Below, one piece after another: positions 39,401 through 46,447 of a DNA stretch of 64,000 bases. Source of the DNA: Anaerolineales bacterium (GTDB lineage: Bacteria > Chloroflexota > Anaerolineae > Anaerolineales > UBA11579); contig JASFQL010000001.1 in the NCBI GenBank assembly GCA_050115475.1, positions 62,554 through 126,553 of the forward strand. The letters are read 5' to 3'. The position numbers and the translations under genes were made by a program. The notes beneath the pieces were generated by a model. That model was not told the DNA's origin. It did no database searches and saw only the letters and a list, made by a program, of their open reading frames with translations. Each line of letters begins with the position of its first letter. Positions within the stretch are counted from its first letter, which is position 1.

Positions 39401-39409
39401 GAAGGATAA
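33440..39409 (+). CDS. Giant sensor histidine kinase: N-terminal TM, many GAF-type domains, PAS, HisKA, HATPase_c
   Basis: 1989 aa. Repeated GAF-like modules (e.g. GLPLHLRGLIIGTIEL, VPLIIRDRGIGELII, VPVIYLGKVIGLIQL, VPVKTSDTTLGVVLL, VPLTVGADALGCLMI). PAS region (GVLVTDNNSVITLFNDAAE), H-box FVATVSHELRTPMTPI, N/G boxes NLLDNAYKY and GTGLGLSIV. Confidence 0.9.
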   Translation: MFGMDSTTLGIIFVAVGVVFLLLTPLLLRLVPYLRRVTRSSSSPSVFPSDLPPNENAVLVVQEGGRVIYLNARAREWFNLLESDTPNLERLARNTRPNEAFLNLCAAPGRARFNLHQSLIEGVSYQMPSEGQSAIMVTLQQLQLSGLEDDGGQAAHTLSIFNEISQDMSASLDLPTTIETILESIDRLIPSDFSEITLWDQENEYLIPYRFLVDDDGVRRLKRGSDRYPVTEGYSGHMVSNQEPLIIDRVNEFTGAKQYVNRHQFPINSFLGLPLHLRGLIIGTIELASQTPEAFNQGDLEVLETLSGHAAIALQNAITHFKEQQRATEMAGLAELAQVSSTIYSTDELYQHLIEYISPLLNVEILGFLIYNEATRTLEGQVPFQGFPDQFTILYKTVIEEGSLAEKLWGEQDIIITDDMSDSSPLGLLGLSPLTQAAGIRETVLLPLCSGKHSLGYLQVANKLDGSMFTDDDLRLLRIIAGHTAPILENAHLIRQSRRRAQRAEALRRVASLAGSGATIDEILNFSAMELSRFLYADKTVLLLLDENLGRLTVHASSLVGIDQDSAKRLTDFLASETSLGETVTTSTLPLIFDDIEESLAVSPFYHRLFQCLPEVQSAITVPLIIRDRGIGELIITSTQANFFHVNDSLSAATAAGQLASALERSTLLTQTDESLQRRVDQLSTLNRIVSELNTAEDLKKLLKQVRNEVVRTTGSDEGSVLLFKMEDGSPNFHEIVNIQGPFTSEKLGTLERKAVKKGVALVADDVEKNGDNLPLANVRSYMLVPVIYLGKVIGLIQLYSKKPDHFDQFAMEVAQNLAVQAGIAISNLQRYQDQYEKNKDFSRQLGSLGKLLQTTQSLQPEMPIAESMSVIAEGIRESSVFDIVMVYGCEPGDSSLRLVAGAGVPSDQLEESWGARYGWDQLDPMIQPDYRRGDSYFIPYSKSSELPSLIPDYALMVLTIPDDSENAWQPGDRLVVPLQNNQAHPIGLIAVDAPRDGLRPDDLSIETLEFFAAEAALVIDSFQKADELRQQMTLIESEIARAEQSGPANQEYLSVMLQKDLEQTIAIQQLYDRARNIRVGLRIADMINRQPNRESVLTSLASQMLTEMELDIALVAESSEGGPRLLNQFGNLPQGSNPQALLGQRNPLWQALQTGETIFVSNLDENSEWQNTPLLKSLDTKGFISLPIASDGQVEAAVLAVSNTPLPDVTKEDEQIYDLIANQVSITLQNLNLLTETRRRLREVNLLLDFSRELGSLDWQEILNTLLISIRQVMPNAHGAMIALYDEDQAVLNTQVAAGYTDNELIQQINHDTDGSLLGKAYQQNETLIVTEMDFANQYRLSSDDLLRYREATGGRLPVSCMAVPVKTSDTTLGVVLLDNFNTPAAFSEEDIALVESLTQQTALTLENARLYEESRRLNEELEQRVAERTEELGREHQFTQTLLRISTELSSSLDLDMVLNRSLETLNQVTGGEQSTIVIIRPPQEYLIYRAGSGIHEAPPTGGRISTLKVGEGLAGWVVKHRKPVVVPDLLLDERWKKDHGLTTVYRSAISVPLTVGADALGCLMIYHREPNHFRADQIDAIQAVANQFAVTINNGELFRLIRDQAEDLGKHLRAQQIEASRSTAMLEGVADGVLVTDNNSVITLFNDAAEVILKLKREQVIGKSLEEFIGLFGGAAQSWMDTIREWSTDMSNQSEGAMYSERINLEDGRVISIHLAPVSDPKEFLGTVSIFRDITHEVEVDRLKSEFVATVSHELRTPMTPIKGYVEFLLMGGAGDLNEKQVEFLDIIKSNIDRLSTLVNDLLDVSRIEAGKVALSFQPIDIMEVLEKLTDSVRQQAEEENGRSLNFEINTPKDLPSIYGDVDRVRQILNNLLDNAYKYSPPGSKITIDLAIADDEVQVDISDEGIGIFPDEHERIFERFYRGENHLVMATAGTGLGLSIVKELVEMHDGRIWVTSTGVPDEGSTFSFTLPIYHADREEETTPIEG

Positions 39410-39412
39410 GAC

Positions 39413-40072
39413 ATGGCAAAAATATTGATAGCAGAAGATGAGCGCGATATTAGAGATTTGATTACTTTTACACTTCGCTTTGCGGGCCATGAAGTGGTGG
39501 CGACATCCAATGGTGAGGAGGCTTACTTTAAAGCTCAAGAAGTCAAGCCCGATTTGGTTTTGATGGATGTCCGTATGCCGCGCATGACCGGTTATGAAGC
39601 CTGTAAGAAAATGAAGGAGAATCCGGATTTACAAGGGATCCCCATCGTTTTCCTCTCGGCAAAAGGGCAAGAAGCAGAAGTTCAAGCTGGGTTAGAGGCG
39701 GGAGCAGTTGAATATATCCTGAAACCCTTTGCGCCAGATCAACTTACGTCACGGATCAGTGTTTTGCTTGAACAACACAAGTCAATCGGCCCTGCTGATG
39801 TGAAGGATGAACCATCTCAAGAAATTACCAGACCGAGAAAAGAACTGAGGAGAATACCGGAAAGACCAACTTATCCGTATAGAGAAGAACGTACTCCGGA
39901 TGGAGAAGGTCGTATTCCGGATGGAGGACGCCGTACGCCGGACGGATTGCGCCATAATCCGCCTGGAGAACGACGCAATCCGGATGGAGGATACCGTGAG
40001 CCGCCTACAGAGCCGGGCAGCTCAATGAGAGGGACTGGCGAACTGGATGAAGATGCCAACGATGTTGGCTAG
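39413..40072 (+). CDS. Single-domain response regulator with a repeat-rich C-terminal tail
   Basis: REC motifs (ILIAEDERDIR, LVLMDVRMPRMTG, ILKPF), then a ~90-aa Pro/Arg/Gly-rich tail. Starts 3 nt after the kinase stop. Confidence 0.85.
   Translation: MAKILIAEDERDIRDLITFTLRFAGHEVVATSNGEEAYFKAQEVKPDLVLMDVRMPRMTGYEACKKMKENPDLQGIPIVFLSAKGQEAEVQAGLEAGAVEYILKPFAPDQLTSRISVLLEQHKSIGPADVKDEPSQEITRPRKELRRIPERPTYPYREERTPDGEGRIPDGGRRTPDGLRHNPPGERRNPDGGYREPPTEPGSSMRGTGELDEDANDVG
39890..40015 (+). repeat. Tandem 21-bp (heptapeptide) repeats inside the response-regulator tail
   Basis: In-frame units RTPDGEG / RIPDGGR / RTPDGLR / HNPPGER / RNPDGGY / REPPTEP. The DNA units start at 39890, 39911, 39932, 39953, 39974 and 39995. 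Confidence 0.85.
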
Positions 40073-40086
40073 GCATTTCGTAGCGT

Positions 40087-40875
40087 ATGAGCGCGATCAT
40101 CATCAACGGTAAAATTGTCCATTATGAGGTGCTTGGCAGGGGGAAGCCTATCATTTTTCTGCATGGCTGGGTGGGTTCGTGGCGTTATTGGATACCGACC
40201 ATGCAGACCGCTTCGATCGCATACCGCGCTTACGCCATTGACCTATGGGGCTTCGGTGAGACCGCCAAAGACACACATAGGTATTCCCTTGAACGGCAAA
40301 CCGAATTGCTGGACGCTTTCATGAATGAGATGGGGATCCAAAAGGTCGCCTTTGTCGGACATGGCTTGGGTGGCGTTGTGGCTTTACTCTACGCGGCAAA
40401 ACAGAGCCTTGTTGTCGATCGCATTATGGCTGTGAGTTTACCCCTGAAGAGTGAGGAGTTGGCAGAACGTTTTGGCTCTACCGCTCCCTCCGATTTGGCC
40501 GGCCGTTTGTTGGATTCGAATTCCACCGCGGAGACGGCTCGATCGGAAGCCGCCAAAGCAGATGAAGAGGCCATTAAAATTTCCTTGAAAGAATTGAAAC
40601 ATCTCGACTTGTTGGATATCTCCAAACAGCTAGAGACTGCCTCATTGTTGGTTCATGGCTTGAAAGATCCCCTGATCGACGTTCCTAACCTCAGTATCAA
40701 TGGCGACCTGCCAGATATCGCCCACCACATCGTTTTCGATCGATCTGGCCATTTCCCCATGTTGGATCAACCCAGTAAATTCAACCGCCTCGTGAACGAT
40801 TTCTTGGATTTAGAATCGGGTGAAAGCCCCCAGCACCTCCAATTAAAAGAAGAGTGGAAGCGCCGCGTCCGCTGA
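40087..40875 (+). CDS. Alpha/beta hydrolase
   Basis: 262 aa. HGWVGS oxyanion region, nucleophile elbow GHGLGG, C-terminal GHFPMLDQP. Confidence 0.8.
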   Translation: MSAIIINGKIVHYEVLGRGKPIIFLHGWVGSWRYWIPTMQTASIAYRAYAIDLWGFGETAKDTHRYSLERQTELLDAFMNEMGIQKVAFVGHGLGGVVALLYAAKQSLVVDRIMAVSLPLKSEELAERFGSTAPSDLAGRLLDSNSTAETARSEAAKADEEAIKISLKELKHLDLLDISKQLETASLLVHGLKDPLIDVPNLSINGDLPDIAHHIVFDRSGHFPMLDQPSKFNRLVNDFLDLESGESPQHLQLKEEWKRRVR

Positions 40876-41075
40876 TCCCTTTTTCCCCTCATATTTCCAA
40901 ATCCTCCAAATCTCTGATTCATGATTTCTAATTTCCGATCTTCTACCACAGCTCTATAAATGAAATACAACCCAAACGCTGCTTCAATGATAAGTGGTGA
41001 GAGAGTCAATAATTCCTTTGCCTTACTAACGGATTATCGAAGATAGATTATTGCTCTTGCCATTCTATTTACGCT

Positions 41076-42437
41076 TTAGGGCAACCAGGAAGGGAAAGAA
41101 GCATTCCCGGCTAAAACAATCGAAGAGTCACTGCTGGTATCGTATAAGAGGATCTCAGGCTGAGTGTAAGCTTTCCCGAGTTCATGCCGTTGGTATACAA
41201 GGTATCTCCCGCTGGGATCGAATTGGTAATTCAGATAAACGTAATTTGGGTTATCCGCTATCGTAGTACCAATCACATCCCCCACCGGGAAAATCGCTAA
41301 ACTTCGGTTGATATTTGATCCGGAGGGTCTGACGCTGACTGTGATCCATTTTCCATCGGGCGACCATTGTGGATGATAATATTGATTGTCGTTTGGCAGG
41401 TTGCCATACAAAACAATCACGTCTTGTGTGGTCATATCTACTTCATAAATTATTTCACTATATGAATCTATTCCGGATGAAATGTCTCCAAAAAGCAGCT
41501 TTTTACTGTCCGGCGACCAGCTTCCAATACTTCCTAATTGGTTGGGCAATTTGATTTCATGCCTTGATTCTAGATCCACAGCCACCAGCAGGTTGTTGAT
41601 TCCATCGACGTAGGTGAGTTTCCTTCCATCTGGCGACCAGCTTGGAGAATACCCGATTTTTTGATTGTCTGAGTAAAGCCTGGTGGAGGTGCCTGATCTT
41701 ACATCGAACAACCAGACACGCGGTGCACTGTAAGGTTCATCAGGTCCCAACCCCGCTTCAGACTTTATATAGGCAATTTGTGTGCTGTCCGGCGACCACC
41801 TGGGGCTGGAGCAGCGGTGATTTTGACAGTCGATTATTTTTTTTGAATTGTTTCCATCGCGTAGCATGACCCAAATATCAATACCTTCTTCTTCATTGAT
41901 AAGGCTGTAGGCAATTTTTTCCCCATCTGACGACGGTGAAAAATCGTAAACCTTGCCGTTGGTGGTGGTCAGTTGTTCAATCTCGCCCCCAGACATCGAT
42001 AATTTAAAAATATCCCTACCAGGGTCGCCGTACGATAGATAGACGATCCAGGGGTCGCGGACAGTAAAAGACCAGGATATTTCCTCCTTGACCTTCCTGT
42101 TATCCTCCCCCAAACTCCCCGGTAGTAGGGTAGCAGTATATCTCTCTCCTGCCTCCAAAGTGCCTTGTGGATAGAACATCATCATATTTTCGTCCCATCG
42201 GAATGTCCCGGGGCTGCCGTTCAATAGAGAAAAGTGTTCCTCAACACTTTTTTGATTCATTGCCTGTGCGAACTCAATACCGATTGGGCCCGACATCCCA
42301 ACTTCTCCACCTTCTTGAGGTATAGTTCTATTAATTTCGATGCCGATCAGACTAGATCCCCAAATTAACCCTAAAATAGCAAGCATGAGTGCAGCAATGA
42401 TGGCCCAAACGAAATAATCAAAACGGTCGATTTGCAT
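41076..42437 (-). CDS. TolB-like PD40 beta-propeller protein with N-terminal TM anchor and Ig-like domain
   Basis: 453 aa with repeated WSPDG/WSPDS blades (RWSPDSTQIAY, SWSPDGRKLTY, SWSPDSKKLLF, QWSPDGKWITV). Confidence 0.7.
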   Translation of the reverse strand: MQIDRFDYFVWAIIAALMLAILGLIWGSSLIGIEINRTIPQEGGEVGMSGPIGIEFAQAMNQKSVEEHFSLLNGSPGTFRWDENMMMFYPQGTLEAGERYTATLLPGSLGEDNRKVKEEISWSFTVRDPWIVYLSYGDPGRDIFKLSMSGGEIEQLTTTNGKVYDFSPSSDGEKIAYSLINEEEGIDIWVMLRDGNNSKKIIDCQNHRCSSPRWSPDSTQIAYIKSEAGLGPDEPYSAPRVWLFDVRSGTSTRLYSDNQKIGYSPSWSPDGRKLTYVDGINNLLVAVDLESRHEIKLPNQLGSIGSWSPDSKKLLFGDISSGIDSYSEIIYEVDMTTQDVIVLYGNLPNDNQYYHPQWSPDGKWITVSVRPSGSNINRSLAIFPVGDVIGTTIADNPNYVYLNYQFDPSGRYLVYQRHELGKAYTQPEILLYDTSSDSSIVLAGNASFPSWLP

Positions 42438-42447
42438 GAGATTTCTC

Positions 42448-43182
42448 TTACGGATAAACGTAAGGTTCAGATGGTGCGTTTGTAGGTGTTATACTTTCAG
42501 CAATGATTAGGGGGATGGTCTTTCCATCGAGTTGAGTGGCATCCACTATTCCCTCAACATTTACCCATGAGTTTTCAGTCATCTCGACCGCATCAGGCCA
42601 TTCCACAATCATGCCAATCGCAAAGGCATCTGCGACACAACAGGTTATGGCTATTCGCCCAACCATGAATTGGTTCTCTTTCAGCCGTGGATCGTGGTAT
42701 ACAAACCCGATCACATTTGCAGGTTCTCCTTGAAACTCACTGGGATTTTCCGAATAATTGAACGATCTGATCCAATCTAGAATTGTGCGCTCTTCTGCAG
42801 GTTGGTCCAGGTCCAAAACCTCATCGTCTTGGGTAGTAAAGGAGGCAGTGTAAGATATCCCTCTGTTCTGGATAACGCTTGTGTCTAAGGGCTTTGCAGG
42901 CAATAAGAAACCTAGAAGTAGCGGAACGCTTGCGATCAATATCATCCCTAATTGAAGACGATGACTATGCTCGTGTGTATGATGTTCGTGGGCGTGATTG
43001 GGTTCACGATTTCTTAGAGAGGCAAAAGCTAATGTTAGAAAACATATTGCTCCAAAAGTCGTCAACCAGGCAAAACGTTTGTTTATATAAAAATACAACG
43101 AGTCGTCCATGATCTTTACGAGCAAAAGCATTCCCAACCCAAATAATACTGCTGCTTTTAAATACCGGTTAAATGAATCCAT
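42448..43182 (-). CDS. TIGR03943-type two-TM protein (partner of the COG0701 permease) with a His-rich loop
   Basis: 244 aa with two N-terminal TM helices separated by NHAHEHHTHEHSH. C-terminal soluble domain carries a CC motif (ITCCVADA). Position and architecture match the YcgQ/TIGR03943 family as I remember it. Confidence 0.65.
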   Translation of the reverse strand: MDSFNRYLKAAVLFGLGMLLLVKIMDDSLYFYINKRFAWLTTFGAICFLTLAFASLRNREPNHAHEHHTHEHSHRLQLGMILIASVPLLLGFLLPAKPLDTSVIQNRGISYTASFTTQDDEVLDLDQPAEERTILDWIRSFNYSENPSEFQGEPANVIGFVYHDPRLKENQFMVGRIAITCCVADAFAIGMIVEWPDAVEMTENSWVNVEGIVDATQLDGKTIPLIIAESITPTNAPSEPYVYP

Positions 43183-43191
43183 GAATTTCTC

Positions 43192-44091
43192 CTACAGCCC
43201 GGTGTAATAATTCATAATGACAGCTGCCAATATTGTCAATAACAATGGCAGTGTGATCAGGTATATGACCGTTTTACGACGGAAAACCTGTAAAAACATC
43301 AATGTACTTTTGATATCTACCATGGGGCCAAACACTAAAAAGGATAGGATAGATCCTGTCGTGAACGTTCCAACAAAAGATAAGGCAACGAATGCATCTA
43401 CCGTCGAACAGATTGAAAGAACGACGGCTAACAGGATGAGGATGAGGATGGACGAAAATGGACCTACGCCTAAAGCCAATAGCTGCGATTGTGGGACGAT
43501 GGTTTGCATCAGGGCTGCCAGAATGGAGCCAATGATCAAATATCTTCCCATTTCAAAAAATTCATCTGCAGAGGTTTGCAGTGCGGACCAGATGCGGTTT
43601 TTGAAAGGCTTATGAGTTTGTGGTTTATCGTCTTGCGGCAAACATAACGAAGTCGGATTTAGTATTTTCCATGGCGTTTTCTGTAAAGAAAAGATCGCCC
43701 CAACAAATATTGCGATGAACAAGCTAAGCCCTATCCGGATCCATAGGACCGGCCCCCATCCAAAGGCACTGTAGGTACTGGCGATGATGATTGGGTTATT
43801 GACTGGGGTGGCTAACAAGAAGGTGATGCCTACGTTAGGCGGCACCCCTTTTTTGAATAGACGCCGTGTCAGGGGAACGACCCCACACTCACACACGGGG
43901 AACATGAAACCCATCATCCCTGCGGTAAGCGCCCCAAGTATGGGATTTTTTGGCAGGTTCTTTTGAAACTGCTCTTTACTAAGGAATTCCTCTACCAAAC
44001 CGGAAGCTAACGTACCCATCAATAAAAATGGGGCAGCCTCGATGAATATTCCTAGAAAAATGGTTGAAAAAGTAGATAGTTGATTCTCGAT
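43192..44091 (-). CDS. Permease (COG0701/DUF318, ArsP-like); start codon unresolved
   Basis: Polytopic. CECGVVP motif. The family-typical N-terminal helix (STIFLGIFIEAAPFLLMGTLASGLVE) extends upstream of the first canonical start (TTG 44022 / ATG 44019). The frame is open to 44115. GGGAGA at 44103-44098 is followed by ATT (44097) and ATC (44091). Confidence 0.65.
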   Translation of the reverse strand: MENQLSTFSTIFLGIFIEAAPFLLMGTLASGLVEEFLSKEQFQKNLPKNPILGALTAGMMGFMFPVCECGVVPLTRRLFKKGVPPNVGITFLLATPVNNPIIIASTYSAFGWGPVLWIRIGLSLFIAIFVGAIFSLQKTPWKILNPTSLCLPQDDKPQTHKPFKNRIWSALQTSADEFFEMGRYLIIGSILAALMQTIVPQSQLLALGVGPFSSILILILLAVVLSICSTVDAFVALSFVGTFTTGSILSFLVFGPMVDIKSTLMFLQVFRRKTVIYLITLPLLLTILAAVIMNYYTGL

Positions 44092-44362
44092 TTTAATTCT
44101 CCCTGTTGTTATTAATTAAAAAGCAATAACAAACAGCGTGATGAGTATTATTGTAAACAAGACGATTGGGAATTTACCGTTTTTTCCATTGCGAGAGTAT
44201 GCCACTGCGTTTTCGTGTTATTTACGTTTTGACGATGAAATGCATGTAAACGACCACTATTGGGAGAGTGTATTCCATTTTTTCGGTATGAGCACTCCTT
44301 GGAAAGCAAATTGTTGTATGAGAGACTAGATCGTTAAGGGGCGTCATGATAGAAAAGTTGAA

Positions 44363-44398
44363 TCAAAAAGACCTGGCAATTCTAACTTGTCAGGTCTT
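44363..44398 (-). terminator. Intrinsic terminator after the methyltransferase gene
   Basis: Minus strand reads AAGACCTGACA...TGCCAGGTCTT followed by TTTGATT. It lies 20 nt downstream of the stop at 44419. Confidence 0.55.
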
Positions 44399-44418
44399 GT
44401 TATGTAAAGTTTCTAAAC

Positions 44419-45807
44419 TCACTTCCGCTTCATCAAATACATCCGTCGTTCGCTTTCCTTGATATCTTCAGAGGTGACGATCTCATAATAGGGTTTGAAG
44501 GCTGCTTCCATACCTGCGAAGCTGTAGTTCGGAAAGATATCTTCGCGGGTTGATAATAAGCGCTGCACCTGCGAGTCGCTCTTGGGGATGAACTCCAGGA
44601 TCAACCAGGGGGATAAACTGGCAAAATACTCGGCGACCATTTCTAGGGGCACGTTGTTTGAAATCGACAGGTGGTGGATCACAGCCAGCCCCATGATGAG
44701 GTCCGGTGTGTTGCGCCCCAACAAGCTGCGCCGCTCCCGGTTGCCCCACCCGATGTCCGGGCTGGGGTTGGTCAGGTCGAGCGCCAGGGGGAGCAGGTTC
44801 GTTTCTTTGTGGGCTTTGATCTCGCGGTAATTCTTTTCGACTGCATCCGTATCTATATCGAATGTTATTGTTGGGATGCCTTTTTCGCTTGCAATCCTGC
44901 TGAATACACCCACATTCCCGCCCAGGTCCCACACCATTTTGGGGTCCGCCTGTTTGACGTACTTCGCCACGAGTTCTTTCTTGTGTTCAGCGGCGGGGAG
45001 CGTGTAGTTTGTATCTTCGTAATATTCTCCCCATTCGGTGCCCGAGAAGTCCAGTTCGAGCTTTTCGGTGGTTCGTTCCAGGCTGTCGATGAGACCCAGC
45101 AGACTGGACTTACTCATCTTGCGGGTCTGGGATACCTTGCCCACGTCTTCGGCAGCGTAGCGTTTTTGGGCGGTGGCATGCAGGTGGATGTGTGACAGCA
45201 AGCCGAAGTTGAAACGCGTACGCCTCGGCAGGAGGCGGCTGGCAAGGTCCAGGGGGACACCGTCGATGTACACCCGCAGAAGCTGGCTTAAACGCACGTC
45301 GTTGTAGGCCATGAGGGTGAGCGGCGCCAGGAAATGCTGGCAGTACTGCCGGTAGGCTACCCAGGGCTGCCCTTCCTGGTAGATTTCAAAGGAGAGGGTG
45401 TCGATGAGGACAGGTTTGGCGTTGTCCAACCGGAATTGGATGTTGAAGTTGCTGCTGTCTTTGAGCGACATGCCGTGTTTGAGTGCCCGTTTCTGGATTT
45501 CCAGGGTGAGAAGGGCGGCATCTTTCAACTGGCTGAAGCACCATTCGTAGGGGTAGGAGATGAAGCACAGTTCTTCCGGCTGGATGACCTTGTAGGCCAA
45601 CTTGGGATCAGGGGGTGAAACATCCACCTCGGTGTGGGAAACGAGCATGTCGGATTTGACGAGGTGGTCGTACAGCCCGGATTCGAGAAGGCGGTCGAAG
45701 TTCTCCTGGTAGACCCGGTTGACCTGTCGGTAGAGTTTCTGGTTTTTGAAGAACAGGAATCCGCTAGGGTCGCGAAAGGATGCAGGCAGTTTGGGGCTAT
45801 TCTTCAT
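44419..45807 (-). CDS. Two-domain SAM-dependent methyltransferase (unassigned N-terminal domain plus class I MTase)
   Basis: Start at the ATG at 45807 (MKNSPKLPASFRDPSGFLFF). C-terminal MTase motif I VWDLGGNVGVFS and AVIHHL. The upstream 64 codons of the track ORF overlap a better small gene in another frame. Confidence 0.7.
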   Translation of the reverse strand: MKNSPKLPASFRDPSGFLFFKNQKLYRQVNRVYQENFDRLLESGLYDHLVKSDMLVSHTEVDVSPPDPKLAYKVIQPEELCFISYPYEWCFSQLKDAALLTLEIQKRALKHGMSLKDSSNFNIQFRLDNAKPVLIDTLSFEIYQEGQPWVAYRQYCQHFLAPLTLMAYNDVRLSQLLRVYIDGVPLDLASRLLPRRTRFNFGLLSHIHLHATAQKRYAAEDVGKVSQTRKMSKSSLLGLIDSLERTTEKLELDFSGTEWGEYYEDTNYTLPAAEHKKELVAKYVKQADPKMVWDLGGNVGVFSRIASEKGIPTITFDIDTDAVEKNYREIKAHKETNLLPLALDLTNPSPDIGWGNRERRSLLGRNTPDLIMGLAVIHHLSISNNVPLEMVAEYFASLSPWLILEFIPKSDSQVQRLLSTREDIFPNYSFAGMEAAFKPYYEIVTSEDIKESERRMYLMKRK

Positions 45808-46027
45808 CTGCGACTTTTTCGTCTTCTGAAGAGCCTTCCCCTTTGTCTTTCCGGAAGAAGCCGGTGATCTTGCCCCAGTAGCTGCGCAGGGCGAAGCCGA
45901 TCCCGACGAGGCTGGCAATGAGTAGTTGGAGGATGAAGCTGCCTGAACCAGGGTCCAGGTAGGCCTGGCCTTTGATGGCAGGGCTGGTGAGGATTTCAAC
46001 CATGATTTCAGGAATATGGACTGGCAT
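45797..46027 (-). CDS. Small membrane protein (hypothetical)
   Basis: 76 aa with one clear TM helix (GSFILQLLIASLVGIGFAL) and an acidic tail. Its stop overlaps the downstream ATG (ATGAAGAATAG), suggesting translational coupling. Confidence 0.5.
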   Translation of the reverse strand: MPVHIPEIMVEILTSPAIKGQAYLDPGSGSFILQLLIASLVGIGFALRSYWGKITGFFRKDKGEGSSEDEKVADEE

Positions 46028-46098
46028 AGAAAATTACTCCTTGATTTGAGGTTTTTCCGGTCAATGATACCCCGATTTGGCTAAGAAAACAACCGGAG

Positions 46099-46135
46099 GA
46101 TTGTTGATTTTAGATTGTTGATTGCTGATTGTTGA
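46099..46135 (+). repeat. Three direct GATTGTTGA repeats at 14-bp spacing
   Basis: Copies start at 46099, 46113 and 46127. They are followed by tandem GGAATTA GGAATTA (46140-46153). Confidence 0.85.
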
Positions 46136-46182
46136 ATGGGGAATTAGGAATTATGGATCGTTCTTTGTGAGTAGAGGGGTAG

Positions 46183-46447
46183 ACCTGTAACCTGTTACGA
46201 TTTGGGGGAAGGGGGTGTTTTACAGGTCTTACAGGTAGGGTACGGGAGGATGATGAATTGTTTACAGGTACTTACAGGTTGTTACAGGTGTTGTGCGTGC
46301 CTTCGGCACGCGCTCGGAGAACGATCCAAGGCGGAGCCTTGGATTCAGGAGAATGAGGTAAGCTCATTCTCCACAACACTGGGTAATAAGAGGGGCTGTC
46401 TCCTTCTCCAGGGGTAGATATGAGGGGTGGGGAATTGCTACCTGTAA
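46183..46447. repeat. Array of TTACAGGT / ACCTGTAA octamers
   Basis: Direct copies at 46220, 46229, 46262, 46272 and 46282. Inverted copies (ACCTGTAA) at 46183 and 46440, plus a near-copy ACCTGTTA at 46190. Confidence 0.85.
46288..46379. ncRNA. Candidate structured element: closing helix enclosing three perfect stem-loops (strand undetermined)
   Basis: P1 GTGTTGTG (46288-95) / CACAACAC (46372-79). H1 CGTGCC/GGCACG (46296-46310). H2 ATCCAAGGC/GCCTTGGAT (46324-46344). H3 GGAGAATGAG/CTCATTCTCC (46348-46372). All pairs are Watson-Crick. Confidence 0.35.

Noticed and set aside
44138-44329. 63-aa plus-strand ORF in the permease upstream region
   Set aside because: It sits in an AT-rich promoter or leader region, has no ribosome-binding site and has no family resemblance.
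45808-45999. N-terminal 64 codons of the 526-aa track ORF (MKSSPALPSKARPTW...)
   Set aside because: The sequence is low-complexity and Ser/Ala/Pro-rich. It overlaps, in another frame, a small gene with a clean TM helix. The family-like sequence starts at the internal ATG at 45807, which overlaps that small gene's stop.
46202-46417. 71-aa plus-strand ORF (MGEGGVLQVLQVGYGR...)
   Set aside because: Its peptide repeats (LQVLQV, LQVLTGCYRC) simply mirror the DNA octamer array and the hairpins. There is no Shine-Dalgarno and the composition is implausible.
46183-46447. TTACAGGT array as a CRISPR or minisatellite
   Set aside because: The repeat unit is only 8 bp with 1-2 bp between adjacent copies. 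There are no spacer-sized unique segments and no cas genes, so it does not fit CRISPR.
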